Source: Abditibacterium sp. | GTDB taxonomy: Bacteria > Armatimonadota > Abditibacteriia > Abditibacteriales > Abditibacteriaceae | Direction of reading: 5' to 3' | DNA: 64,000 nucleotides | Assembly: GCA_965199495.1 (NCBI GenBank) | Contig: CBDASK010000003.1 | Coordinates: 2,272,001-2,336,000, forward strand | Shown here: positions 10,596 through 19,633 of the stretch, one piece after another | Layout of the letters: each line of letters opens with the position of its first letter | How positions within the stretch are numbered: the stretch's first letter is position 1 | Made by a program: the position numbers and the translations under genes | The notes under the pieces: model-generated | Databases searched by the model: none | Told to the model about the DNA's origin: nothing | Seen by the model: only the letters and a program-made list of their open reading frames with translations

Positions 10596-11568
10596 ATGTG
10601 GGCAACAATTCGTTCAATTGTTTGGGTGCGTTGATTTGCAACCAGTCGCGTAATTGTGAGCGGGCTTCGATTTTTTCGTGTGCAGTTGGCGTTCCAATGA
10701 ATACTTTCTCGAAGGGCAAGTGATAATCGGATTGCGACTCCGTATAAGGCTGAAGGTGCCGCAAATTTGTCGGTTGGAATTGACAGGCCAAAAGCGCGCT
10801 CCACTGCCCAATCCATCGCTGGGCAACAGGAGAAAGCGGAAGGTAATTTGATGCTCGCGGGTCGGCGTTTTCAAACCAGTTGCTCTGCCAATCTTCGTAA
10901 TAACATTGAATCCGCACTTTGTCTGTTTGCTGCCAAATTTCGGTCAGACTCCAGACAATCCACGTCATTATTTCTTCTAACTCACCACGTTTTGCGATTT
11001 CGGTTTCCCATATTTCGTTGCGCTTGTTGAGAGTAGAACGTAACCACTGCCACGCGAAGTTGGCGAAACTGCCCATCGTTTGAATATGCGTCATTATGTC
11101 GTCGAATTCCGATTGATTGCGATCAACGTCCGCTTGAAAATGGATAAGATTTTGGAGATGACTATCGGTCAACGCGTAATCGGTTGGATAAGAATTAAAC
11201 GGATGCAAGCTCCGATTAAGCGCCATAATAGCGTGTCCGTTTTGTGATCCCGGTATTATATGAACCGAAGCGAATTTCCACGAGTTATCGCGGGCAAAAT
11301 GTCCGGCGATGGCGCGTAATTTCTGCGGCGTCGGTTTGCCTTTCCAAATCTGCGGCACGCCGTTTCGCAATACGAGCGCATTGCGTCCGTCCCAACGCGC
11401 GTAAATCACGAATTCGCCCGCGCGCAAACGCACCAGTCGCAGCGTAATCACTTTGCCGCTTTGAACCAATCGCCCGTCAGCGGGCGCGCATAAAGGCGCC
11501 GTGCAAACCGGCGGCAACTCGGACGATTTGAGTTTCAAATCAACTGGCGGCGACGAAGTATAAGGCAT
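10594..11568 (-). CDS. Hypothetical protein
   Basis: Long ORF starting just after the macro gene stop; no recognised motif. Confidence 0.6.
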   Translation of the reverse strand: MPYTSSPPVDLKLKSSELPPVCTAPLCAPADGRLVQSGKVITLRLVRLRAGEFVIYARWDGRNALVLRNGVPQIWKGKPTPQKLRAIAGHFARDNSWKFASVHIIPGSQNGHAIMALNRSLHPFNSYPTDYALTDSHLQNLIHFQADVDRNQSEFDDIMTHIQTMGSFANFAWQWLRSTLNKRNEIWETEIAKRGELEEIMTWIVWSLTEIWQQTDKVRIQCYYEDWQSNWFENADPRASNYLPLSPVAQRWIGQWSALLACQFQPTNLRHLQPYTESQSDYHLPFEKVFIGTPTAHEKIEARSQLRDWLQINAPKQLNELLPT

Positions 11569-11570
11569 TA

Positions 11571-12053
11571 TTATTCCCAGTCGTAAACCCAGACTTCGAC
11601 ATCGCGCTCGCACAATTGCGCCGTAATCAACGACTCGATTCTATCCCACGTGCCGCCCGCCAAACCGCAACCGATGCGCGGCATATGAACGCTCGCGCCC
11701 AGTTCGAGCGCTTTAGCAGCCACGGCGGCCAGGCACTTTTCGATGGCATCGTAACGCACGGGTTGCGGCCCTCTGTCGCCTTTGCGGCGAATACCGTGTT
11801 GGCCGACCATATTGGCGACCCAAATCTCCGGTTCACATTGCACAAATTGAGTGGCGCCCAGACCGAAATCGTTGGTTTCGCGCGCTTTGGCCCACGCGCG
11901 AAATTCGCGTTCTGGCAGTTCCCAACGCCGCGAAAGCGCAATGACAAAGCCTTTGCCCCATCCGCCTTCATCATTGCTGACGTGAGCAATAATTTTGATG
12001 CCTTTGGCTTGCGGCGAAGTCGCGTCGCCCTGAATATAATGAATTGGTGTCAT
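11571..12053 (-). CDS. Macro domain (ADP-ribose processing, Poa1p-like) protein
   Basis: YIQGDAT, AHVSNDEGGWGKGFV, HMPRIGCGLAGG. Confidence 0.88.
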   Translation of the reverse strand: MTPIHYIQGDATSPQAKGIKIIAHVSNDEGGWGKGFVIALSRRWELPEREFRAWAKARETNDFGLGATQFVQCEPEIWVANMVGQHGIRRKGDRGPQPVRYDAIEKCLAAVAAKALELGASVHMPRIGCGLAGGTWDRIESLITAQLCERDVEVWVYDWE

Positions 12054-12083
12054 AGCGCGTCAGTATCGCTCAAACTATCACCA

Positions 12084-12662
12084 ATGCCCATTGACCCTAA
12101 TATTATTCAAAGCCCGACGCGCGCCCGCGATTATTTTGTGCGCCACGAACACGGCGACGACCGCATCGCGCTCGAAGAAGCGCAACGCGCGCCGCGCGTG
12201 CCGATTACCGTGATTCTCGACCAGTTGCGCTCGGCGCACAATGTTGGTTCGGCGTTTCGCACTGGCGATGGCGTCAATATCGCCGAACTGTTTCTGGTCG
12301 GTATCACGCCGCAGCCACCGCACCGGCATCTGGCCAAAACCGCGCTGGGTTCGGTGGATTCCGTTCCGTGGCGCCATTTTAAAACGGTCGAAGAGGCGAT
12401 TGGGGCCGCGCGCGACGCGGGCAATCAAGTTTTGGCTTTGGAAAAAACCGAAAGCAGCACCAGTTTGTGGGACGCCGAATTAAAGTTTCCGCTTTGTCTG
12501 GTCGCGGGCAATGAAGCCGAAGGTTTGAGTGAGGAAACGATGGCGCTGTGCGATGGCACAGTTCATTTGCCGATGTTGGGGCATAAAAACTCCCTCAACG
12601 TCAGCGTCGCGTTTGGCGCGGCGATTTATGAAGTTTTGCGGCGCTATTTATTGACGGTTTGA
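12084..12662 (+). CDS. TrmH/SpoU-family RNA methyltransferase
   Basis: RSAHNVGSAFRT, GNEAEG, LPMLGHKNSLNVSVA. Confidence 0.88.
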   Translation: MPIDPNIIQSPTRARDYFVRHEHGDDRIALEEAQRAPRVPITVILDQLRSAHNVGSAFRTGDGVNIAELFLVGITPQPPHRHLAKTALGSVDSVPWRHFKTVEEAIGAARDAGNQVLALEKTESSTSLWDAELKFPLCLVAGNEAEGLSEETMALCDGTVHLPMLGHKNSLNVSVAFGAAIYEVLRRYLLTV

Positions 12663-12700
12663 GTCGCGCAGAAATTTTGCGCGCGATAAAATTAAATGGT

Positions 12701-13273
12701 ATGAACGCTACTTTACCTGCCACACCCAAACGCATTGAGTTGATGCGCGCGCGCGCCGAATCGTCGCTCCAACAGCAAAATTGGAATGATTGCATCGCAG
12801 ATTGTCGTTTGTTGCTCCAACTCGATCCGCGCCATCATTTCGCGCAGGAAACCTTAGCCACGGCGCTCTTACAAATCGGCGAGACTGCCGCCGCCGTGGC
12901 TGCTGTGCGGCGCTTACTCGAAATTTCGCCGCGCGACCCGATGCACCGCTTGCGCTACGCCACGATGCTCCAAATGCAAGACCACTTCGGCCTCGCCGCG
13001 CGCGAGTTCGAGCGCATCACGCTAATGTATCCCGATTCGCCGTTCACGCCTGATGCACTCGAAGCCATCGAAAATTTAGATCGGATGCAGACCTCGCAAA
13101 TCCTGATGATGGCCGCCGAACACGACGAATTTCGCTGGCGCCTCGAACGCAATTTAACCGATTTACTCGATGAACAAGGTTTTTATCTGTCGGAAAACGC
13201 CGCCGAATCGTTGCGCCAGATGATTCCCAATTCGGAAATGGAAGTCGAAGCGCGGGCGCCGAAAGTGCATTGA
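12701..13273 (+). CDS. TPR-repeat protein
   Basis: Helical repeats with LxLDP/LEISP turns; start uncertain (12659 or 12701). Confidence 0.65.
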   Translation: MNATLPATPKRIELMRARAESSLQQQNWNDCIADCRLLLQLDPRHHFAQETLATALLQIGETAAAVAAVRRLLEISPRDPMHRLRYATMLQMQDHFGLAAREFERITLMYPDSPFTPDALEAIENLDRMQTSQILMMAAEHDEFRWRLERNLTDLLDEQGFYLSENAAESLRQMIPNSEMEVEARAPKVH

Positions 13274-13293
13274 GAATTGGGCGCCAGACGACA

Positions 13294-13333
13294 AAAAGAG
13301 CTTGCGAGAACCAGAATTCTCGCAAGCTCTTTT
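13294..13333. terminator. Bidirectional terminator downstream of tRNA-Pro
   Basis: aaaagagcttgcgagaa ... ttctcgcaagctctttt. Confidence 0.75.
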
Positions 13334-13344
13334 AATTGTGATAG

Positions 13345-13419
13345 TCGGGATGGCCGGATTTGAACCGACGACTTCGTCGTCCCGAACGACGCACTCTGAC
13401 CAAGCTGAGCTACATCCCG
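13345..13419 (-). tRNA. tRNA-Pro(CGG), CCA not encoded
   Basis: CGGGATG acceptor stem, TAGCTCAGCTTGG D arm, CGTCG-TTCGGGA-CGACG anticodon arm, GGTTCAAATCC T loop. Confidence 0.95.
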
Positions 13420-13433
13420 ATTTCTATTTCGCG

Positions 13434-14243
13434 CTATAATTTTGTAATATTACACGCTTTTGCCTTGCTCTTGCGAACTGTCAGCGACTTTTGAATATAC
13501 GTCCTTTCTTTGGTCATGTCAAGTTCTATCGCCAATTTTTTTACCAGTGCCGTGCGCGTCAGCCGTGCATCGTAGCCGACTTGGCGAAATGGATAACCCA
13601 AATGATGAGTCGCGCGCAGAAAGCTTTCCATAATGGCAGCGTTTTTGGCGCAAAACAAACAGCGACTGCACCAACCGCCGTTGCGATATTCGTGATAGAT
13701 ATTGCCATCGGTTTCGATGAGGCCACGCACCCAGAAACGCAAGTAGCTGTCTTGTTCCCAAATCCATGCGGGAATCGGATAATTCTGCGCTTTGGCGCCA
13801 GTGGGTAAATTCAAGATTTCTGGGAGTGCCTTTGAATTGACCCGAACTTCGGCGTAAGTCTCGTGCCAGCGAACTATGGCTTTTCGCCCTAAGAGTTCGA
13901 GAATCAATCCACTGTAAGTCTCAATAAGTTCGGGGTAGCGAATATCGCAAGAAATGGAGAGCTGAACCGTGCGCGGCCCTTGATATAAACAGCCATCGCC
14001 GCAAATCACGCCAATCAGGTAAGCCAACTTGTCCGATGGCGGCAATGGAGTTCCGTCCAACTGTTCTTCGCGCCGATACACCCGTTTGGTTTTCGGCACC
14101 TTCAACGCGATACCTTTGCAATGATGGCGCACCGTCGAAGCCGAAACGCCCAAAGTTTGCGCGATCAAATTCAAGCTCTGGCCCTGCCGCCGCAAGTCGC
14201 GGCATAAATCGGGAAGTTCGGGCGAATCAAGTCGGTGGGCCAT
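13434..14243 (-). CDS. N-terminal HTH plus two-motif LAGLIDADG (DOD-type) endonuclease-like protein
   Basis: SLNLIAQTLGVSASTVRHH (HTH); LAYLIGVICGDG and FWVRGLIETDG. Confidence 0.8.
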   Translation of the reverse strand: MAHRLDSPELPDLCRDLRRQGQSLNLIAQTLGVSASTVRHHCKGIALKVPKTKRVYRREEQLDGTPLPPSDKLAYLIGVICGDGCLYQGPRTVQLSISCDIRYPELIETYSGLILELLGRKAIVRWHETYAEVRVNSKALPEILNLPTGAKAQNYPIPAWIWEQDSYLRFWVRGLIETDGNIYHEYRNGGWCSRCLFCAKNAAIMESFLRATHHLGYPFRQVGYDARLTRTALVKKLAIELDMTKERTYIQKSLTVRKSKAKACNITKL

Positions 14244-14298
14244 TTCTCAACTTTAACACAGACCAAACCTGCGCGCCGAATTGCTAAACTTTGGCTTT

Positions 14299-15579
14299 AT
14301 GTCGAACGCGCCGTTTCCCAAAGTTGATGATTCGCAGGTCATCGAAGATTTTTGCACCTATGTCAATCCCGCGCTCGCGCAGGTTTTGCAATTTATCGGC
14401 TTCACTTCTACCGAAGCCAGTGCCCGTGGCTGCATCGTCACCGACAGTCAGGGCCGCGAATATCTCGATTGCATCGGCGGTTATGGCACGATGAGTCTGG
14501 GCCATTCGCACCCGAAAATTATTCAGGCCGCCAAGGCTCAACTCGATGCGATGGCGTTTTCCAGTCGCGTTTTGTTCAACGCGCCGCAAGCGGCGCTCGC
14601 CAAGAAATTGGCCCAGATTACGCCGGGCGATTTGCAATATAGTTTCATTTGTAATAGCGGAACCGAAGCCGCCGAAGCCGCGATTAAATTCGCGCGCATT
14701 TCGACGGGACGCAAAAATTTGGTTTCGGCTAAAGGCGCTTATCACGGCAAAACGATGGGCGCTTTGAGCGTTTCGGGCCGCGACAAATATAAAACGCCGT
14801 TTGGGCCTTTGGTCACCGATGTTCAAACCGTGCCGTTCAACGACATCGAAGCGATGCGCGAAGCCGTAACCGAGGAAACCGCCGCGTTTTTGATCGAGCC
14901 GATTCAGGGCGAAGGCGGCATTAATGTCGCCTCAACCGAATATCTGCGCGCCGCGCGCGCACGCTGCGATGAAGTCGGCGCGTTGCTCGTCATGGACGAA
15001 GTGCAGACGGGTTTGGGACGAACCGGCAAAATGTGGGGCTGCGATTGGGCCTTTGAAAATACCGACATGGCGCCCGACATGATGCTGCTCGCCAAAGCGT
15101 TGAGCGGTGGCGCGATTCCCGTTGGTGCCGTTGTCGCCACGCCCAAAATTTGGGAATTCTGGAACAGTTCACCCTTAATTCATTCTTCGACGTTCGGCGG
15201 CAATCCGCTCGCGTGCGCGGTTGGACTGCGCACATTGGAAGTTATCGAGGAAGAGAACTTGGTCGAGCGAGCAGCCACGGCGGGCGACAAGATGTTCGCG
15301 GCATTGCGGCAAACGCAGGCGAAATTCCCCGATTTAGTCGTAGATGTTCGCGGGCGCGGCCTGATGATTGGCGTCGAATTTCCCGAAGAAGACATCACCA
15401 GTCTGGTTTTGGCGGGCCTCGCCCAACGCGATGTGTTGGTTGTGCCTTACACTTTCAACAACCCAACCGTGACGCGTTTCGAGCCGCCTTTAAATATCAG
15501 CGACGAACAAATCGAATGGGCGACCAAAGCCTTCGACGAAGCCGTAACTTCAACCGCCGAACTGTTGTCCGAGCTGTAA
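14299..15579 (+). CDS. Class III PLP aminotransferase (putrescine/acetylornithine aminotransferase-like)
   Basis: NSGTEA, YHGKT, EPIQGEGG, DEVQTGLGRTG, AKALSGG, STFGGNPLAC. Confidence 0.9.
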   Translation: MSNAPFPKVDDSQVIEDFCTYVNPALAQVLQFIGFTSTEASARGCIVTDSQGREYLDCIGGYGTMSLGHSHPKIIQAAKAQLDAMAFSSRVLFNAPQAALAKKLAQITPGDLQYSFICNSGTEAAEAAIKFARISTGRKNLVSAKGAYHGKTMGALSVSGRDKYKTPFGPLVTDVQTVPFNDIEAMREAVTEETAAFLIEPIQGEGGINVASTEYLRAARARCDEVGALLVMDEVQTGLGRTGKMWGCDWAFENTDMAPDMMLLAKALSGGAIPVGAVVATPKIWEFWNSSPLIHSSTFGGNPLACAVGLRTLEVIEEENLVERAATAGDKMFAALRQTQAKFPDLVVDVRGRGLMIGVEFPEEDITSLVLAGLAQRDVLVVPYTFNNPTVTRFEPPLNISDEQIEWATKAFDEAVTSTAELLSEL

Positions 15580-15586
15580 ATTTCCC

Positions 15587-15675
15587 GTAGAGACGCCGAT
15601 TTATCGCGTCTAAAACGTTCGATTTGCCGTTGAGTTAAAGCAACTCTGACGTTTTAGACGCGATAAATCGGCGTC
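15587..15675. repeat. GTAG-type REP pair (REPIN-like), perfect 27-bp arms
   Basis: GTAGAGACGCCGATTTATCGCGTCTAAAACGT ... ACGTTTTAGACGCGATAAATCGGCGTC. Confidence 0.8.
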
Positions 15676-15690
15676 ACCCAAATTCCCAAA

Positions 15691-16155
15691 ATGCCTCAAG
15701 TCACCAAAAAAGTTTCCGTCCGCGCGCCGTTTGATTCCGTGTGGGAAATCGCGCAAAATGTCGAAGAGTTTCCCAACATTATGCCCGAACTCGATAAAGT
15801 CGAAGTGTTGGAAAAATCGCAAACTTCGCCCAACACCACGCGCACTGTCACGCAGTGGACAGCGCGCATTCCGCAGTTTGGCCGCACCATCGAATGGACG
15901 GAAGAAGACATCTGGAATCGCGAAGAAGGCAACTGTCATTTCTGGCAGATTAAAGGCGATTTTACCGAATATAAAGGCATCTGGAAATTTCGCAAAGTCG
16001 GCGACGAAACCGAAGTTGACCTTTCGATTGATTACGCGTTCGAGATTCCGCTCGTGGGCGCGTTGATGAAAAAAGTCATGCAAAAACTGATGCAGGGCAA
16101 CGCCGATATGATGGCCGACGCTTTGAAGAAGGAAGCGGAAAAACGGGCGAGTTAA
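15691..16155 (+). CDS. SRPBCC (cyclase/dehydrase-like) protein
   Basis: VWEIAQNVEEFPNIMP, WTEED, QIKGDF..YKGIW. Confidence 0.8.
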   Translation: MPQVTKKVSVRAPFDSVWEIAQNVEEFPNIMPELDKVEVLEKSQTSPNTTRTVTQWTARIPQFGRTIEWTEEDIWNREEGNCHFWQIKGDFTEYKGIWKFRKVGDETEVDLSIDYAFEIPLVGALMKKVMQKLMQGNADMMADALKKEAEKRAS

Positions 16156-16171
16156 ACGTTTATTTTTTGGC

Positions 16172-16301
16172 CCCCAGAAGGCACAGAGAACACACAGAGA
16201 GAACGAAGAAAATCAAACAACGAAGCACAGGTGATATTGAGAAGTTCTTTTGATTTATAATTTTCTTCGTTCTTTCTGTGTGTTCTCTGTGCCTTCTGGG
16301 G
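16172..16301. repeat. CACAGAG-unit long inverted repeat, 42-bp arms, 1 mismatch
   Basis: ccccagaaggcacagagaacacacagagagaacgaagaaaat and its reverse complement at 16260-16301. Confidence 0.85.
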
Positions 16302-16314
16302 CTAAAAACTTATC

Positions 16315-17583
16315 ATGCCCACGCCCCGCTTTTCTTATCTCAAAACGTTTTTGCTGGGCTTTGGCTTTTTCGGCGTCAGCGTTATTTGGGGCATTTACAA
16401 CGCGTTCGTGCCGCTATTTCTGGAAAAGAAATTTGGTCTATCGCCGGGCTGGATCGGCTTTTTCCTCACACTCGATAATATTGCGGCTTTAATTATACAG
16501 CCACCGGTCGGCACTTGGTCGGACAAACTGCGCACGCCTTTGGGCCGTCGGATGCCGTTTATTCTGATCGGTGCGCCCCTGAGCGCGCTCGCGTTTGGTT
16601 TTATTCCGCTCGCCGCCGTGTTGCCGATTTTTGTCGCTTGCACTTCAACCTTGATGCTTTCGATGGCCTTATGGCGCACGCCCGTCGTGGCTTTGATGCC
16701 CGATATTACGCCGTCGAAATATCGCTCGCAGGCCAATAGCATCATCACTTTGATGGGCGGATTGGGCGCGATTTTCGCTTATTTGGGCGGCGCGGCTTTG
16801 TTCAAAATCAACGCGGCTTATCCGTTTTGGTTGGGTTCGGCGCTGGTTTTGGGTGCGTCGGTGATGCTGCTTTTGTTCATCCGCGAGCCGAAAACTATTG
16901 AAGCGCCCGAAGCGCAACCGGGTCTGATCGAAAGTCTGGTTTTGCTATTTCAAGAGCGCGACAAAAGCGCGCTAATGTTTCTGCTGGCGCTTTTGTCATG
17001 GACGATTGGCTATACCGCCATCGAAGCGTTTTGGACGCTTTACGCGACCAATCATCTGCGCATTTCCGCCGCCGATGCCACACGATTACTGGGTCAACAC
17101 GCGGTGATGATCGTGATTTTCGCGTTGCCGTGCGGCTATCTGGCGGGCTTTCTCAAGCGTCGCACGCTCATCATCATCGGCCTGTGGCTGACGGCGGCGT
17201 TGCTAAGCGCGATGCACTTTTTGCCCATCGAAACCCTGAAAATTCCGCTCTTCACCGTGCCAATTTTGGGAGTCGTGCCGGTTGTCGGTGCGCTTTTGAT
17301 GGTCGCGGGCATCTCGTGGGCACTGATTACGATTCACGCCCTCCCAATGATCGTGGACATGACGACGGCGGCGCGGTTGGGCACCTACACCGGATTGTAT
17401 TATCTGTTTTCGACCAGCGCCGCGATTCTCGGCCCCAACCTCAACGGTTGGATCGTGCAGCTCAACGGCAAAGATTACAACACGGTTTTGCTGTTCGCGC
17501 CAATATGGATGCTGGGCGCATCGGCATTATTGTGGTTCGTCAAACGCGGCGAAGTCGAGGAAAGGATAAAGCCTGGAAAATAA
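16315..17583 (+). CDS. MFS transporter (SLC45/maltose permease-like)
   Basis: About 12 TMs; GTWSDKLRTPLGRRMPF. Confidence 0.85.
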   Translation: MPTPRFSYLKTFLLGFGFFGVSVIWGIYNAFVPLFLEKKFGLSPGWIGFFLTLDNIAALIIQPPVGTWSDKLRTPLGRRMPFILIGAPLSALAFGFIPLAAVLPIFVACTSTLMLSMALWRTPVVALMPDITPSKYRSQANSIITLMGGLGAIFAYLGGAALFKINAAYPFWLGSALVLGASVMLLLFIREPKTIEAPEAQPGLIESLVLLFQERDKSALMFLLALLSWTIGYTAIEAFWTLYATNHLRISAADATRLLGQHAVMIVIFALPCGYLAGFLKRRTLIIIGLWLTAALLSAMHFLPIETLKIPLFTVPILGVVPVVGALLMVAGISWALITIHALPMIVDMTTAARLGTYTGLYYLFSTSAAILGPNLNGWIVQLNGKDYNTVLLFAPIWMLGASALLWFVKRGEVEERIKPGK

Positions 17584-17670
17584 AGGATAAAAATGGGGAT
17601 AAGCGTGCGGCAAAGTTAAAGCGAATCGAAACCTCACCTTTATCCTTCATCCTTAATCCTTTATCCTTTC
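17560..17670. repeat. Inverted heptamer arrays (GATAAAG / CTTnATC)
   Basis: ctttatc-cttcatc-cttaatc-ctttatc facing gataaag-type units. Confidence 0.6.
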
Positions 17671-17675
17671 TTTTA

Positions 17676-18863
17676 ATGATTTCCCCCGAAGACGCTTTAA
17701 CTCAACTCGAACGTGGCGCCGATACCATTATTCCGCGCGACGAACTTTTAGAAAAACTCCGCAAATCCGCCAAGTCGGGCGAGCCGTTGCGCATCAAACT
17801 CGGCCTCGACCCAACGGCGCCCGATATTCATTTGGGTTTTGCCGTCGTTTTGCGCAAGTTGCGCCAATTTCAGGATTTGGGCCATCATGCGCATTTGATT
17901 ATCGGCGATTTCACCGCGCAAATCGGCGATCCGTCGGGCAAAAGCAAAACTCGCCCGCAACTCACGCGCGAGCAGGTCGAGGAAAACGCCAAGACCTATC
18001 AAACGCAATTATCCGAAATTTTGGATCCCGATAAAACCACGATTCACTTCAACGGCGATTGGTTGGGCAAAATGGGCTTTGCCGACGTAATTCGTCTGAC
18101 GGCGAAATATACCGTCGCGCAGATGCTCGAACGCGAAGATTTCGCGTCGCGTTTGGCCGACAATAAACCGGTCGGAATGCACGAAATTTTGTATCCGCTC
18201 TGTCAGGGCCAAGATTCAGTTGAAATTCGCGCCGATGTCGAATTGGGCGGGACGGATCAGCGATTCAATAATTTGGTCGGGCGCGATTTGCAACGCGCGA
18301 GCGGGCAGGAAGCGCAAGTCGTGTTGCTAATGCCGATTTTAGTCGGGTTGGACGGCGTGCAAAAAATGTCGAAAAGTTTGGGCAATTATGTCGGAATCAA
18401 CGATGCGCCCACTGAAATGTTCGGCAAACTGATGAGCATTCCCGACAACGTGATGCGCCAATATTACACGCTTTGCACGGCTATTCCACTCGATGAAGTT
18501 GACGCGATTTTGGCCGGACATCCGATGGACGCCAAAAAGCGATTGGGAAGGGAAATCGTCGCGATTTATCACGGCGCCGATGCAGCCACGGCGGCGCAAG
18601 CGGCATTCGAGCAACAGTTCTCGCGCGCCGAAACGCCCGACGAAATGCCCGAAATCGAAATCGCGGTTAAGGAAATCGGCGTCGTAGATTTGCTCGTCGC
18701 GTGCTTCGGCGGCAGCAAAAGCGAGGCGCGCCGCATGGTCGAGCAGGGCGCCGTGGCTGTTGATGGCGACAAAATAGATGACGCGACGGCAAACGTCGAG
18801 GCGCGCGATGGGATGACGGTGAAAATGGGCAAACGCCGTTGGGCGCGGGTGAAAGTCGGTTGA
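17676..18863 (+). CDS. tyrS: Tyrosine--tRNA ligase
   Basis: LGLDPTAPDIHLG, ELGGTDQ, KMSKS, C-terminal S4 domain. Confidence 0.96.
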   Translation: MISPEDALTQLERGADTIIPRDELLEKLRKSAKSGEPLRIKLGLDPTAPDIHLGFAVVLRKLRQFQDLGHHAHLIIGDFTAQIGDPSGKSKTRPQLTREQVEENAKTYQTQLSEILDPDKTTIHFNGDWLGKMGFADVIRLTAKYTVAQMLEREDFASRLADNKPVGMHEILYPLCQGQDSVEIRADVELGGTDQRFNNLVGRDLQRASGQEAQVVLLMPILVGLDGVQKMSKSLGNYVGINDAPTEMFGKLMSIPDNVMRQYYTLCTAIPLDEVDAILAGHPMDAKKRLGREIVAIYHGADAATAAQAAFEQQFSRAETPDEMPEIEIAVKEIGVVDLLVACFGGSKSEARRMVEQGAVAVDGDKIDDATANVEARDGMTVKMGKRRWARVKVG

Positions 18864-18892
18864 TTGCTCGCTCAGGAAGGGAAATTGAAATT

Positions 18893-19531
18893 ATGAATCA
18901 TCCGCATTTCGACGCCATCGCCACGCATATCGAAAAATATCTGGACGCGCCCGCCGCCGTGTGGGACGAGGACGGTCTCGATATTTTCGTCGTCGCGCCG
19001 ACCGACGAGCGCCCGTTTTTGACGCTCATAACGGCGGGCATGAGCGATGAACCGATGGACGCGCCCAAAGACGAATGGAAGTTGGCCGAGCTTTGTTTTT
19101 TGTTGCCCGCCGTGTGGCCGCTCGAACGCGATAAATGGGACGAATCGCACGAATGGACTTTGTTGTGGCTCAAATATCTGGCGAAATACCCGAACGAAAC
19201 AAATAATTGGCTGGGTTACGGCCACACGATTCCCAACGGCGAACCGCCGCAACCACTCGACGTGACGACCGAAGCCGTTAGCGTGATGCTGATTCCGCCG
19301 GTTTCCCTCCCCGAAAAATTCGCGCGCTTGCGCGTCGGCGATTCTGACGCCGAAATCATCAATTTCTGGGCTTTGGTGCCGCTCTTGCCCGACGAACTGC
19401 GCATGAAAATGCAATCTAAAACGCCGATGCTGTTGGAAAAAATGGAGAAAGCCAAACTCTCCGATATTCTCGAACCGGGCCGCCGCAGCGTTTTGGCATC
19501 GCGCGGGTTGAAGAAATTTTTGTTGGGTTAA
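18893..19531 (+). CDS. Suppressor-of-fused (SUFU) domain protein
   Basis: TLITAGMSD.PM, AEL, LAKYP...WLGYGHTIPNG, FWALVPL. Confidence 0.8.
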   Translation: MNHPHFDAIATHIEKYLDAPAAVWDEDGLDIFVVAPTDERPFLTLITAGMSDEPMDAPKDEWKLAELCFLLPAVWPLERDKWDESHEWTLLWLKYLAKYPNETNNWLGYGHTIPNGEPPQPLDVTTEAVSVMLIPPVSLPEKFARLRVGDSDAEIINFWALVPLLPDELRMKMQSKTPMLLEKMEKAKLSDILEPGRRSVLASRGLKKFLLG

Positions 19532-19540
19532 ATTTATAAA

Positions 19541-19631
19541 GTGACAGGTGGCAAGTGACAGGTGTTGAACGCAAATCTTCCAGCGTTCGCTTATTCTTAT
19601 CACTTGCCACCTGATACTTGTCACTTGTCAC
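19541..19631. repeat. Inverted heptamer arrays (GTGACAG / TTGTCAC)
   Basis: gtgacag-gtggcaa-gtgacag ... ttgccac-ctgatac-ttgtcac-ttgtcac. Confidence 0.7.
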
Positions 19632-19633
19632 AT

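Noticed and set aside
13345..13419. tRNA as a prophage/island att site or intron host
   Set aside because: The tRNA is uninterrupted and I found no second partial copy or integrase in the window.
16998..17675. Apparent 226-aa N-terminal extension of TyrS
   Set aside because: Overlaps the MFS gene out of frame; TyrS homology starts at ATG 17676.
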